This document shows positions 28,221 to 37,805 of a stretch of 64,000 nucleotides of DNA, one piece after another. The notes below the pieces were generated by a model. The model did not search any database, was not told the DNA's origin, and was given only the letters and a program-made list of their open reading frames with translations. The DNA comes from an uncultured Alphaproteobacteria bacterium (lineage in GTDB: Bacteria > Pseudomonadota > Alphaproteobacteria > RF32 > CAG-239): assembly GCA_910584385.1 (NCBI GenBank), contig CAJUAK010000003.1, forward strand, positions 9,206 to 73,205, given 5' to 3'. The first letter of the stretch is position 1; every line of letters starts with the position of its first letter. A program made the position numbers and the translations under genes.

Positions 28221-29854
28221 TTTTTGAGAATAATGTCCACATCGCTCGGATAATTGACATCTAAAAGGTGTCCGGCGTCTTTTAACTCGCATGTTTTCGT
28301 ATAATCGACATGTTCCAAGAAGACAGGGCGGATATCGGCGTTTTCCGCCACAACATCAGCTTGGGAAAATAATGATTTGCTCCAGATGACGGGATTATGC
28401 TTTATGCCGTTTTTCAGCATTAGGCACAACTGCTTTTCTTCAGAAGCATCAAAGGTGCCTATCAGCTTATTTAAATCTGCCGCGGTGATGTTCGGCATAT
28501 CGGCCGGCAGCAGCAAAGCCCCGTCGCAAAAACTCGGCAAAGCTTTTATGCCTAGAGCGATGGAGGTTTTTATTCCCGAACGGAAGGATGGGTTATAAAT
28601 GACATTGACATCCACTTCATCCAAATAATCTTCCATTGCATCGGCATTATATCCGGTGATGACATAAACCGGGCTGGCATCAGATTTTAAAGCAGCCTCA
28701 ACAGCCTTCATAAACAGAGGTTTGCCGTTTTCCATTTCCACCATCAGCTTATTGCGCCCGGCGCGGCTTCCTATTCCCGCCGCCAGGACAATCGCGGCGA
28801 TATTTCCTTTTTTGCCTTTGCGGCGGCTGTTTTTGGAAATGATTAAATTTTGCTTTTCATCTTCGGTCAGCTTCATTTCCGGTTTCAGCTGCTTGTTATG
28901 CAGGTGCGTTAAATCAAAAGCGGATAATTTTTCACAAAGCAGGGTTTCTTTCACCAGCCTATCTATTATTTCCGTTTCTGCCTCATCATAATGAAAAGGC
29001 AGAGAAATGATTTTTTTATTTTTCTTTTGTGCCAGAATCAAATCCGAAACACCTGCCTGCGGCAAATTTAAATTTGCGATATCATCGACCAAATGGCGCA
29101 ACGCCGACGGAATAATATCCTGCGGGTGCCGGTTAGGCATGCCGCCCAAAACAAAAACGACATCATTATCATCACGCAGCGCCCTGTCTATGCTGTCTGT
29201 TAAATCTTCCACATTATGGAGGCTGTTATATTCATGGGAAAAATCCAGATTAAAAGCTTTGAAATTGTCTAACAGCCGGCGGATTACAGAAGTAAAATGT
29301 TTAGTTTCCTCCACGGAATTATAAAATTTGGAATAAACAATGCCGACTTTGAGCGGCAATAAATCTTGAACAGCAAGCAGTTCCACGTTTCCTGAAAGGC
29401 GAAGCAAAAAATCATCCGCTTGCGCCTGTGGCAATCCGGGAACAGTTAATTCCAACCAGGCAACAACATCCCCTTTTTTCACAATCGTATAAGGCGGAAT
29501 TGTGTTTATCAACATCAGCGGCGACAAACGGTTAAATTTTGCTACGCGTTCTTCAGAGGCGACAAAACAGCCATCTGCCGCGGCTACGATTTTGCAATTT
29601 CCGCTTCCGTTTAAACTATATGCCAAATTTGCCCCGCAGATTTTTCCGGCCAGGATGGCAAGCGCCGTTGCCGCATCAATGTCTTTGTCATCAAACAAAG
29701 CCGCAAAGACATGGGTTATGCCGGCTTGTTTGAGTGCGATAATATCGCTTTCCTCAAGCTTATGCCCTGACGGCAGGCTGCCTCCGGGCAGGCGTATTTC
29801 TTCAAATATCCGCCATCCCGCCGCTTTTGAAACTTGAACTTCCTGATATTGCAT
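28217..29854 (-). CDS. Fusion protein: a molybdopterin-binding-like N-terminal region plus a MobA/MocA-like nucleotidyltransferase C-terminal domain
   Basis: The C-terminal AIVLAAGIGSRAGRNKL...LLLPADMP is the MobA-like NTP-transferase signature. The N-terminal 330 aa resemble the MoeA/CinA-like 'molybdopterin-binding' part of alphaproteobacterial fusion proteins. Confidence 0.55.
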   Translation of the reverse strand: MQYQEVQVSKAAGWRIFEEIRLPGGSLPSGHKLEESDIIALKQAGITHVFAALFDDKDIDAATALAILAGKICGANLAYSLNGSGNCKIVAAADGCFVASEERVAKFNRLSPLMLINTIPPYTIVKKGDVVAWLELTVPGLPQAQADDFLLRLSGNVELLAVQDLLPLKVGIVYSKFYNSVEETKHFTSVIRRLLDNFKAFNLDFSHEYNSLHNVEDLTDSIDRALRDDNDVVFVLGGMPNRHPQDIIPSALRHLVDDIANLNLPQAGVSDLILAQKKNKKIISLPFHYDEAETEIIDRLVKETLLCEKLSAFDLTHLHNKQLKPEMKLTEDEKQNLIISKNSRRKGKKGNIAAIVLAAGIGSRAGRNKLMVEMENGKPLFMKAVEAALKSDASPVYVITGYNADAMEDYLDEVDVNVIYNPSFRSGIKTSIALGIKALPSFCDGALLLPADMPNITAADLNKLIGTFDASEEKQLCLMLKNGIKHNPVIWSKSLFSQADVVAENADIRPVFLEHVDYTKTCELKDAGHLLDVNYPSDVDIILKN

Positions 29855-29919
29855 CGCATTTTCCTATAAAATAAACATTATTGTAAATATAGGCACGAAT
29901 GCTTAAAATAAAATGAATC

Positions 29920-30384
29920 CTATTGCAATGCATGCAATACCGGATGGAAATTTCCTTTAAAAACCAAATTTTTTCCGACACCGGCGCGGCGCCCGGCTTC
30001 TGCGTCCCGTTCCTTGTCACCCAAGGAAACGGAAGCGGACATATCAATATTATATTTTTTTTGAGCTTTAAGAAACATTCCGGGGTTTGGCTTGCGGTCT
30101 TGCCCATCCAAGTCCGGGCAATAAAAAACATCTGTTATTTCAATGCCTTTTTCTGCGAATTTTTTTATCATATAATTATTTAATTTTTGAAAATCTTCCC
30201 TGGCATAATAGCCCCGGGCTATGCCTGACTGGTTCGTTATGACAATAATCAAATACCCCAGTTCCCGGGCTTTTGCGCAAAGCTCAAAAATCCCCTCGAT
30301 AAAATGAAATTTTTCAGGTTCAAAGACGTAACCATAATCGATGTTGATAGTTCCATCCCGGTCTAAAAACAATGCCTTAGCCAT
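29920..30384 (-). CDS. gmhB: D-glycero-beta-D-manno-heptose-1,7-bisphosphate 7-phosphatase
   Basis: ALFLDRDGTIN (HAD motif I) and RKPNPGM. I preferred the ATG at 30384 over the TTG at 30399. Confidence 0.85.
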   Translation of the reverse strand: MAKALFLDRDGTINIDYGYVFEPEKFHFIEGIFELCAKARELGYLIIVITNQSGIARGYYAREDFQKLNNYMIKKFAEKGIEITDVFYCPDLDGQDRKPNPGMFLKAQKKYNIDMSASVSLGDKERDAEAGRRAGVGKNLVFKGNFHPVLHALQ

Positions 30385-30943
30385 TAAATTCCTTTTCAAT
30401 CACGCCGCAAAGCAGATGCCCGACGGCTAAATGCATTTCCTGAATATTGTTAGCCGCCTCCGAGGGGACATTAATCGCATAATCTGCCCTTTGTTTCATT
30501 TTTCCGCCGCAGTTCCCGGTCATCGCCACAGTTTTTATCCCTTTCCTTGCAGCCATATCAAAAGCCAAGAGCATATTTTTTGAGTTCCCGCTGGTGGAAA
30601 GCCCTATTAAAACATCGCCTTTTTTGCCCAGCCCTTCAACCTGGCGTTCAAAAACCGTATCATAGCCATAATCGTTGCCTATAGCGGTTAAGATTGACGT
30701 ATCGACGGTCAGCGCCAGTGCGTTCATTGCCGGGCGGTTGATTTTATAACGCCCGACCAACTCTGCGGCCAGATGCTGAGCATCTGCCGCACTGCCGCCA
30801 TTGCCGCAAAACATTATCTTATTGCCGTTTTTTAAAGTATTTACGCAAAGAGAAGCCACCGCTTCCACTTGCGGCGACAAAGACTGCAGCTTTGTAAAAT
30901 TATCCGAGATATTCTTAAATTCAGCTTTTATAAAATCTTGCAT
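30377..30943 (-). CDS. gmhA: Phosphoheptose isomerase
   Basis: SIS domain with CGNGGSAADAQHLAAELVGRY. Confidence 0.9.
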   Translation of the reverse strand: MQDFIKAEFKNISDNFTKLQSLSPQVEAVASLCVNTLKNGNKIMFCGNGGSAADAQHLAAELVGRYKINRPAMNALALTVDTSILTAIGNDYGYDTVFERQVEGLGKKGDVLIGLSTSGNSKNMLLAFDMAARKGIKTVAMTGNCGGKMKQRADYAINVPSEAANNIQEMHLAVGHLLCGVIEKEFNG

Positions 30944-30946
30944 TAT

Positions 30947-32428
30947 TTACCCTTTCATTTTCTTCACTAAATTTGAAGTTGAATATCCGTCAAGGCGTTT
31001 TAATGCAACAGCTTTTCCGCCATAGCTTTCTGCCAGGCGCCCTTCAGGCCAATCTTCGAGCTTGTAACCTTCTTTGGACACGATATCCGGACGCAAGGCT
31101 TCCACCAAGGGAAGCGCCGTATCGTCATTAAAAACGATCACATAATCTATAAATTCCAGAGAGGCCAAAAGCATTGCCCGAGTCTTTTCATCCTGCACCG
31201 GACGCCCCTCCCCCTTATGCTTCCTGACCGAGGCATCAGAATTAACAGCGACAATGAGCACATCGCACAAATTTTTTGCCTGCATAAAAGAATTTAAATG
31301 CCCCAGGTGGCAGCAATCGAAACAGCCGTTGGTAAAGCCGACAACTTTCTTTTGCCGTTTTAAAGTTTCTACCAAGCCTTTTGCCTGTTTCAGGGTTATA
31401 AGCTTTCTTTTTTGCCTCCATCCGCCTTCCGGCGTTTCCCTAACTGACAAAACAGTTTTCAGTTCTTTATCAGTTACTGTCGCCGTACCTAATTTGCCCA
31501 CGACAATTCCTGATGAAATATTAGCCAGTTTCATTGCTTCTTTAACGGGAACATCACTGCCCAATGAGGCGCCCAGAGCAGCCAAGGAGGTATCTCCCGC
31601 GCCGGAAACATCAAAAACTTCTTTGGCTTCGGTGGGAATTTGCAGCAAATCTTCAGGATTTTCGGCGGAAATATGCAGCATGCCGTATTCGCTTAGCGTG
31701 ATAATCAGGTTTTTGATATTATACTTATCAAAAAGTTTTTTTGCGCCTTTCTGAACCTGCTTATGAAAATCCGGACTTGAAGGGGTGTATTTTTGCCCGG
31801 TGGCCTCTGAAAATTCTTTTAAATTCGGCTTAACAAGCGTAGCGCCTTGGTATTTTGAATAGTCGCAGCCTTTTGGATCGATAATTATTTTTTTATCCAT
31901 TTCAGCGCAAACATTAATAATCATCTGTGTCGTTTGAAGCGTCAGCAGTCCCTTGTTATAATCAGAGACAACAACGATATCTGCTTTTTTGACAGCCTGG
32001 CGCAATATTTTTTGAAACTTCGGCAAGAGTTCTTCGGAGGCGGGCAAAACTTCTTCCTGGTCAACACGCAGCAAATGGCTGTTTTCCGCAATGAAGCGGG
32101 TTTTGACAATAGTCGGATAGTTTGAGAGCTTTATCAAATGGCTGTGTGCTCCTGATTTTGAAAGCTGCCGGGCAACCAAACCGCCATTGCCATCACTCCC
32201 GACAATACCGATAAAGGTGGTTTTGCAGCCAAGAGCGCTTAAATTTGCCACGACATTTCCCGCACCGCCAAGCATATATTTTTCATGGTTAAATTTTAAA
32301 ACAGGCACCGGCGCTTCCGGCGATATGCGTTCAACCTTCCCGTAAATAAAGCGGTCAAGCATAATATCCCCGATAACCAAAACCTTAACATTGGAAAAAT
32401 TATCAATATATGAGGAAAGCTGCGGCAT
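30947..32428 (-). CDS. hldE: Bifunctional D-beta-D-heptose 7-phosphate kinase / heptose 1-phosphate adenylyltransferase
   Basis: N-terminal PfkB-type kinase (VSGAGDT) plus a C-terminal cytidylyltransferase domain (GFTNGCFDCCHLGH). Confidence 0.9.
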   Translation of the reverse strand: MPQLSSYIDNFSNVKVLVIGDIMLDRFIYGKVERISPEAPVPVLKFNHEKYMLGGAGNVVANLSALGCKTTFIGIVGSDGNGGLVARQLSKSGAHSHLIKLSNYPTIVKTRFIAENSHLLRVDQEEVLPASEELLPKFQKILRQAVKKADIVVVSDYNKGLLTLQTTQMIINVCAEMDKKIIIDPKGCDYSKYQGATLVKPNLKEFSEATGQKYTPSSPDFHKQVQKGAKKLFDKYNIKNLIITLSEYGMLHISAENPEDLLQIPTEAKEVFDVSGAGDTSLAALGASLGSDVPVKEAMKLANISSGIVVGKLGTATVTDKELKTVLSVRETPEGGWRQKRKLITLKQAKGLVETLKRQKKVVGFTNGCFDCCHLGHLNSFMQAKNLCDVLIVAVNSDASVRKHKGEGRPVQDEKTRAMLLASLEFIDYVIVFNDDTALPLVEALRPDIVSKEGYKLEDWPEGRLAESYGGKAVALKRLDGYSTSNLVKKMKG

Positions 32429-32652
32429 TATCTTAATTCCCCATACATCACAATATTGCTGAAAAACAACATTCCTACCCTCGTCTTTTTATTTTAAACA
32501 CTTTGTCAGTATACACATCTGCCACTGTAGTTAAAAGCAAATTACTTTATTTATACCGCACTTTTACGTTTTGACACCACCATAACGGGAGAAAATAAGA
32601 TAATTTTGTTTATGAATATTAACCAATTAAGATAAGTGTTTATTTTACGCAC

Positions 32653-32676
32653 AAAAAAAGGAAGGCGAAGCCTTCC
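32653..32676 (-). terminator. Terminator after the small lipoprotein gene
   Basis: Minus strand: ggaaggc-ttc-gccttcc followed by T7. Confidence 0.8.
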
Positions 32677-32883
32677 TTAAGTTATCGGGTTTTGGACTTC
32701 CAGACTGTCTGGAGGAACATCCACTATTGTCCAGGGCTTGCCTAAACGTATTGCCGAATTCATGCAGTTTCCAATACCGTCCAAGGCGCGTCCGGTTGAA
32801 TTCAACGTTCTGCACAATGACTCACAGCTGCTCAACAAGCCAGACAAAATACATAAAATAATCAGATAGAAAATCTTTTTCAT
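32677..32883 (-). CDS. Small lipoprotein (68 aa)
   Basis: MKKIFYLIILCILSGLLSSC contains a lipobox. The gene has its own terminator. Confidence 0.6.
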   Translation of the reverse strand: MKKIFYLIILCILSGLLSSCESLCRTLNSTGRALDGIGNCMNSAIRLGKPWTIVDVPPDSLEVQNPIT

Positions 32884-32961
32884 ATCATTGAGGTTTTAAT
32901 AATTTTTATTTATCAGGATATTAGCACAATTGTCCCGCTTTGTCAACCTTTGGGGATATGC

Positions 32962-33963
32962 TTATTTAGCCGCAAAGCTTTTGCTTTGCCCGCAGCCCGT
33001 ACCGATTGTCCGCCCGATTGAAATTATTTTCCGGGCGATTTCGCTGCGGCAGCAAGCCGGGGAATCGTTAACAGCGACCTTGCCCGGATAAAGCTCATAA
33101 AGCTTGCGATATTCGCCTTCCGTCATATTCGGCATAACCACGTTTGCACCGCCTTGCAAAGCCATAATTCTTCCCTCGGGATGCAAACTTTCCATCGCTG
33201 TTGTTGCCGGAATATTGATATCCGGCAGCAAAAGGCGCATCACAGCCATCGTTCGCAAAGCCAAGTTCAACGTGCCGCCTGTTTCATTGGCGAGCGGCGT
33301 TTGCGGATGCGGTATAAACGGGCCAATCCCAGCCATATCCACGCCGATTTCTTTTAAAAACAGCAAATCTTCCGCGATTGATTCAATGCTTTGCCCCGGA
33401 AGTCCAACCATAATTCCTGAACCAAGCTCATATCCCAGCCCTTTTATCATCATCAGGCAATCATAACGGTGCTGCCAGCTCATTTTAGGGTCTAAACGGT
33501 GGTACAAATCCTTATCTGTCGTTTCTATGCGCATGAGGTATCTGTCAGCACCGGCCTCTTTAAAGGCTTGGTATTCCTCATAATCCCTTTCGCCTATGCT
33601 CAATGTGATGGCGACATCCAGCTTTTTTACTTCCTTGATGATTTCACACATAACGTTTTTAGAATAATACATGTCTTCGCCCGATTGCATCACAATGGTT
33701 TTAAAACCGATATCCGCCGCTTTTTTTGCCATGCCTATAAGTTCTTCAGGCGCCATGCGGTAACGCTTAACCTCATGATTTCCGTTACGGATGCCGCAAT
33801 AAAGGCAATTATTGCGGCAGATATTCGAAAATTCTATCAAACCGCGCAAATGGACCTCATCGCCCACATGGGTGCGGCGCACATCATCTGCCAAATGCAG
33901 CAGCTCTTCCTGATTTGCCTCATCTGACAACAAACGAACAATTTTATTCTTACCCAGTTCCAT
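32962..33963 (-). CDS. hydE: Radical SAM protein of the HydE/PylB/BioB group, closest by eye to the [FeFe]-hydrogenase maturase HydE
   Basis: CRNNCLYCGIRNGN..VKRYRM, QSGED, GADRYL, MVGLPGQ, GIGPFIPHP.TPLA and NIPATTAM all follow the HydE pattern as I remember it from Thermotoga HydE. Confidence 0.6.
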   Translation of the reverse strand: MELGKNKIVRLLSDEANQEELLHLADDVRRTHVGDEVHLRGLIEFSNICRNNCLYCGIRNGNHEVKRYRMAPEELIGMAKKAADIGFKTIVMQSGEDMYYSKNVMCEIIKEVKKLDVAITLSIGERDYEEYQAFKEAGADRYLMRIETTDKDLYHRLDPKMSWQHRYDCLMMIKGLGYELGSGIMVGLPGQSIESIAEDLLFLKEIGVDMAGIGPFIPHPQTPLANETGGTLNLALRTMAVMRLLLPDINIPATTAMESLHPEGRIMALQGGANVVMPNMTEGEYRKLYELYPGKVAVNDSPACCRSEIARKIISIGRTIGTGCGQSKSFAAK

Positions 33964-33966
33964 TAA

Positions 33967-34440
33967 TCAACCCCGTTTTTCAAGAATAATATCTGCTTGC
34001 ACAACCGGCACGACCTGAAGCAGCGCAGCCAGCGGCATCTCCACTTGCAAACCGATGCGCCCGCCGCTGAATATAATTTTCGGAAATTCTGAAGCGGTTT
34101 TATGGATAACGGTCTTAAACTGCTTTTTCATGCCTATCGGCGAACACCCACCGTGGATATAGCCTGTCAGCGGAAGAAGCTCTTTTGACTTGACCATCTC
34201 AACAGACTTTTCTTTTACCGCCAAAGCGGCTTTTTTCAAATCCAACTCCTGATTGACCGGAAGCATAAACACATAGTGCTGCCCGGATTTTGCAACGGTT
34301 ACGAGCGTTTTGAACACCTGATTGGGATTTTCGCCCAGCCGGATGGCTATTTCTTCGCCATTCGTCAGCTGCTCGTATTCATAAATTTTATAATTTACCT
34401 TATGCTTGTCCAGCATGCGCATTGCATTTGTTTTATCCAT
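33967..34440 (-). CDS. ybaK: Cys-tRNA(Pro)/Cys-tRNA(Cys) deacylase YbaK
   Basis: 157 aa. TNAMRMLDKHKV.Y..YEY, KTLV and the GGCSPIG motif place it in the YbaK/EbsC family. Confidence 0.8.
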   Translation of the reverse strand: MDKTNAMRMLDKHKVNYKIYEYEQLTNGEEIAIRLGENPNQVFKTLVTVAKSGQHYVFMLPVNQELDLKKAALAVKEKSVEMVKSKELLPLTGYIHGGCSPIGMKKQFKTVIHKTASEFPKIIFSGGRIGLQVEMPLAALLQVVPVVQADIILEKRG

Positions 34441-34586
34441 TTTTCCTCCGTTTTCAAAATATCACTGCGCTGCCTATTGTCAATCCATTTCCCTGAAATA
34501 ATAAACTGTGGCAGGCAATGTTTGACAATTTGCGTAAAGTGTAATACAAATATCCGCATATTGTTAAATTTTCAGATGGAGCCGCC

Positions 34587-36023
34587 ATGAAAAAATCCTG
34601 GTATAAATTTTTAGGCATTCACTTTATTCTTTGGAGCATTATTCCCCTATTGCGCGGCAGCCTGCCCATGGACAGCATTGAAGCAATTGTCTGGGGACAA
34701 ATCGGCGGGCTGGGAACAAATAAGCACCCGACATTTTCAGGGTTTCCCGCAGATTTCTTTTATTGGCTTTCCGGCGGCAGCGACTGGGCAATTTATGCCT
34801 TGAGCCAACTCTTTATTTTGCTTGGTTTTATTTATATTTTCCGTTTGGCAAAACTTTTTCTCAACGAAACAAAAGCCATTCTTTCCGTTATGCTTTTGGA
34901 AGGCGTTATCTATTATGGCTTTGCTTCTGCGGAATATAACGTAAATATTGTTTCTTTGGCACTTTGGCCGATGGCTTCCTTCTATTTCTGCCGCGCAGTA
35001 TTGGAAGGGCGCAAAGCGGACTGGGCATGGTTTGGATTGGCCGCCGGCGCCAACTTATGGAATAAGTATGTCAGCGGCATTCTCTTCCTGGCTATGGCAA
35101 TGTATCTCCTCTTTACAAGAAACGGGCGCAAGCAGCTTAAATCTTTCGGGCCTTATTGCAGCGCGGCCATTGCGGCTGTTGTTATCGCACCCCATGTTTA
35201 TTGGCTTTACAAGCATGATTTCTTTGTTATTTCATACTTTATGAGCCGAAGCGGCGAAAGCGGCGCTTGGTACGGGCATTTGCTCTACCCCTTGAAATTT
35301 ATACTAGCCCAGCTCGCTGCCGGAGCTTTGGCATTTATCATCTTCTTTGTTGCTTTCTTTGGCGCAAAAAAACAAAAAAACACCATGAGCCATCAGAAAA
35401 ACCAATTGCTTTTCTATTTGGGAATTTTACCGCTCATTTTGTTTGCGGGAACAGCGCTTATAAGCGGTTCTCCCCTTAAAAGCATGTGGGGTTCGCCGCT
35501 TCTCTATATGCTTGGCATTTTACTTTTTGCCGGCTTTAATTTTGAGCTTAAAGAAAACACCGTTAATAAAGCCATTCGCGGCGTTTATGCCTCTATGGCT
35601 TTGCTTGGCTTTGCCGCAGCAATGGTTTATTTTTTGAATAAAAGCGAAAAAATGCATTTTCCCAGAAATGATTTTGCTTATCAGGTTATGGAAAAGTGGA
35701 AAGCAGAAACAAATAATGCACCGTTGCCTTATACGGGCGGCGAAATCTGGTATGCGGCAAACCTTTCCTTGACGAGCCCCGACCATCCTTTTGTTATCTT
35801 GGACACTAACTTGAAAAACAACCCCTGGGTGGCGGATAAGGACCTTTATGCGAAAGGCGCCGTCATTTTTGTGGGACGCCCGGATGACTACGCCAGCGCC
35901 CACCAAAAATATCTGGCTGTTTCTCCGTTATTTTCTCAAAATATTACTTTTAAAAACCGGATTGGAAAATCCAAAAGCAAAAATGTTTACTTCTTTATTA
36001 TCTATCCGGGAGGAGGTTTCTAA
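34587..36023 (+). CDS. GT39/GT83-type (ArnT-like) polytopic membrane glycosyltransferase
   Basis: 478 aa with about 11 predicted TM stretches and an N-terminal PMT_2-like loop. First gene of a translationally coupled operon. Confidence 0.7.
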   Translation: MKKSWYKFLGIHFILWSIIPLLRGSLPMDSIEAIVWGQIGGLGTNKHPTFSGFPADFFYWLSGGSDWAIYALSQLFILLGFIYIFRLAKLFLNETKAILSVMLLEGVIYYGFASAEYNVNIVSLALWPMASFYFCRAVLEGRKADWAWFGLAAGANLWNKYVSGILFLAMAMYLLFTRNGRKQLKSFGPYCSAAIAAVVIAPHVYWLYKHDFFVISYFMSRSGESGAWYGHLLYPLKFILAQLAAGALAFIIFFVAFFGAKKQKNTMSHQKNQLLFYLGILPLILFAGTALISGSPLKSMWGSPLLYMLGILLFAGFNFELKENTVNKAIRGVYASMALLGFAAAMVYFLNKSEKMHFPRNDFAYQVMEKWKAETNNAPLPYTGGEIWYAANLSLTSPDHPFVILDTNLKNNPWVADKDLYAKGAVIFVGRPDDYASAHQKYLAVSPLFSQNITFKNRIGKSKSKNVYFFIIYPGGGF

Positions 36024-36988
36024 TGGCAAAAGAAAAGTTAAGCATTGTTGTTTCTGCTTACAACGAAGAGGCTAATATTGCCGCTTTATATAAAGAATTG
36101 CAAAAAACAATAAAGAAACTTCCCTTGAAAAAGGTTGAAATCATTTTTGTAAATGACGGCAGTTCCGATAAAACCTATGAAGAATGCCTGAAATTGCAAA
36201 AAAAAGACGCTTCTGTTAAAATTGTTAACTTCCAACGCAATTTCGGACATGAGATTGCTATGACAGCCGGCATGGATTATGCCAAAGGGGATGCCGTTGT
36301 CTTTATGGATGCCGATTTGCAGCATCCGCCGGCATATATTGAACAAATGGTAAAAGCTTGGCAGGAAGGTTCTGAAATTGTTCTAACCAAAAGGGTAGAC
36401 AATCTTTCGACATCAAAACTCTATAAATTTATGGCTGCTTCCTTTTATAAAATATTAAATATGCTTTCGGATACGCATATTCCTGAAAAAATGCCGGATT
36501 TTCGGCTTCTTGACCGTAAATATGTGGAATTTTTGAAAAACTTTAACGAACATGACCGCCTTTTCCGCGGATTGCTCAGTTGGGCCATGCCCCGGGACAA
36601 AGTAACCGTATTGGATTTTGTGGCACCGGAACGTTTTGCCGGGGAATCTAAATATAATTTTGCCAAGAGCCTGCAATTGGCATTAAACAGCATTGTGCAG
36701 TTTTCAGTCAAGCCTTTGCGATTTTCAATTTATCTGGGAATTTTGACCGCGATGCTTGCCGGATTGCTTGGCATTTATGTGATTGCCGAACACTTCATTT
36801 TAAATAAGCCCACCCCTGGCTATGCTACAATTATGACAACCATTATTTTCATCGGTTCTATCCAATTAATCATGCTGGGGATTATTGGCGAGTATATTGG
36901 CAAAATCCATATGGAAGTTAAAAACCGCCCGCTTTATTTGGCTGAATTTATTGAGAAAGAAGAAAAAGATGCTCAAAAAAATCATTAA
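36023..36988 (+). CDS. GT2 polyprenyl-phosphate sugar transferase (ArnC/LgmA/FlmF2-like)
   Basis: LSIVVSAYNEEANI, VNDGSSD, FMDADLQHPP, and two C-terminal TM helices. The ATG overlaps the upstream stop (TAATG). Confidence 0.85.
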   Translation: MAKEKLSIVVSAYNEEANIAALYKELQKTIKKLPLKKVEIIFVNDGSSDKTYEECLKLQKKDASVKIVNFQRNFGHEIAMTAGMDYAKGDAVVFMDADLQHPPAYIEQMVKAWQEGSEIVLTKRVDNLSTSKLYKFMAASFYKILNMLSDTHIPEKMPDFRLLDRKYVEFLKNFNEHDRLFRGLLSWAMPRDKVTVLDFVAPERFAGESKYNFAKSLQLALNSIVQFSVKPLRFSIYLGILTAMLAGLLGIYVIAEHFILNKPTPGYATIMTTIIFIGSIQLIMLGIIGEYIGKIHMEVKNRPLYLAEFIEKEEKDAQKNH

Positions 36989-37805
36989 TGCCGACGATTT
37001 TGGGATTTCTCCCGGCGTCAACACCGCAATCGCCGAGGCTTATAAAGACGGTATTTTAAATTCGACCAGCATTATGATTAATTTAAAATATGTCAATCAC
37101 GCCTTGCATCTGGCACAATCTATGCCAAACTTGAATATCGGGCTGCATATAAACCTGACAAACGAAACGCCGCTTTCTCCGGCAGAGGAACTTCCGCTAT
37201 TAGTAAACGAAAACGGCAAGTTTAAAAATGGCTTTGTTAATTTGCTCTTGCTTTCTTTCCTTAAGCCGCAAGAGTTGCGCAAACAGGCAGAAATAGAAAT
37301 CCGCCGGCAAATAGAGCTTGCGAAAACAATGGGAATTAACCTTTCCCATATTGACAGCCACCGCCATATCCATATGATTCCGCTCTTGTTTGACGTGGTA
37401 AAAAAATTGGCAGAAGAATATCAAATTCCCCGCATCCGGGTTGTTAACGAAAATATATTCAACACCTTACGGCATAATTGGAGTTTTGATTTTCTGTTTG
37501 ACGGCGGGCTCATTAAATATATGATTTTAAGGATGCTGGCTTTTTACAACAGATACCCCAGCGATACTTATTTTTACACCATTCTCTACACCTGCAAAAT
37601 CGGACGCAATCGTTTTAACAAACTAAAAATCCCTGCAAAATACAAAGCAATTGAAGTGGGAATCCATCCCGGACACCCGGATATTGACCGCAATTACGGA
37701 AAGGACATCTTTGACAATAACCTTTTGAACCATTTCCGGGAAATTGAATTTAATACGGTGATGGATAAAAATATCCTAAACGAGATTGTTGAGAATGATC
37801 GTTAA
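36969..37805 (+). CDS. YdjC/ChbG-family carbohydrate deacetylase (NaxD/LgmC-like)
   Basis: MLKKIINADDFGISPGVN..I and HIDSHRHIH motifs. The start at 36969 overlaps the GT2 gene by 20 nt. Confidence 0.85.
   Translation: MLKKIINADDFGISPGVNTAIAEAYKDGILNSTSIMINLKYVNHALHLAQSMPNLNIGLHINLTNETPLSPAEELPLLVNENGKFKNGFVNLLLLSFLKPQELRKQAEIEIRRQIELAKTMGINLSHIDSHRHIHMIPLLFDVVKKLAEEYQIPRIRVVNENIFNTLRHNWSFDFLFDGGLIKYMILRMLAFYNRYPSDTYFYTILYTCKIGRNRFNKLKIPAKYKAIEVGIHPGHPDIDRNYGKDIFDNNLLNHFREIEFNTVMDKNILNEIVENDR

Noticed and set aside
36885-36968. Upstream extension of the YdjC-family ORF (MASILAKSIWKL...) given by the track
   Set aside because: The extension is the out-of-frame 3' end of the GT2 gene. The conserved family N-terminus (MLKKIINADDFG) begins at the ATG at 36969.
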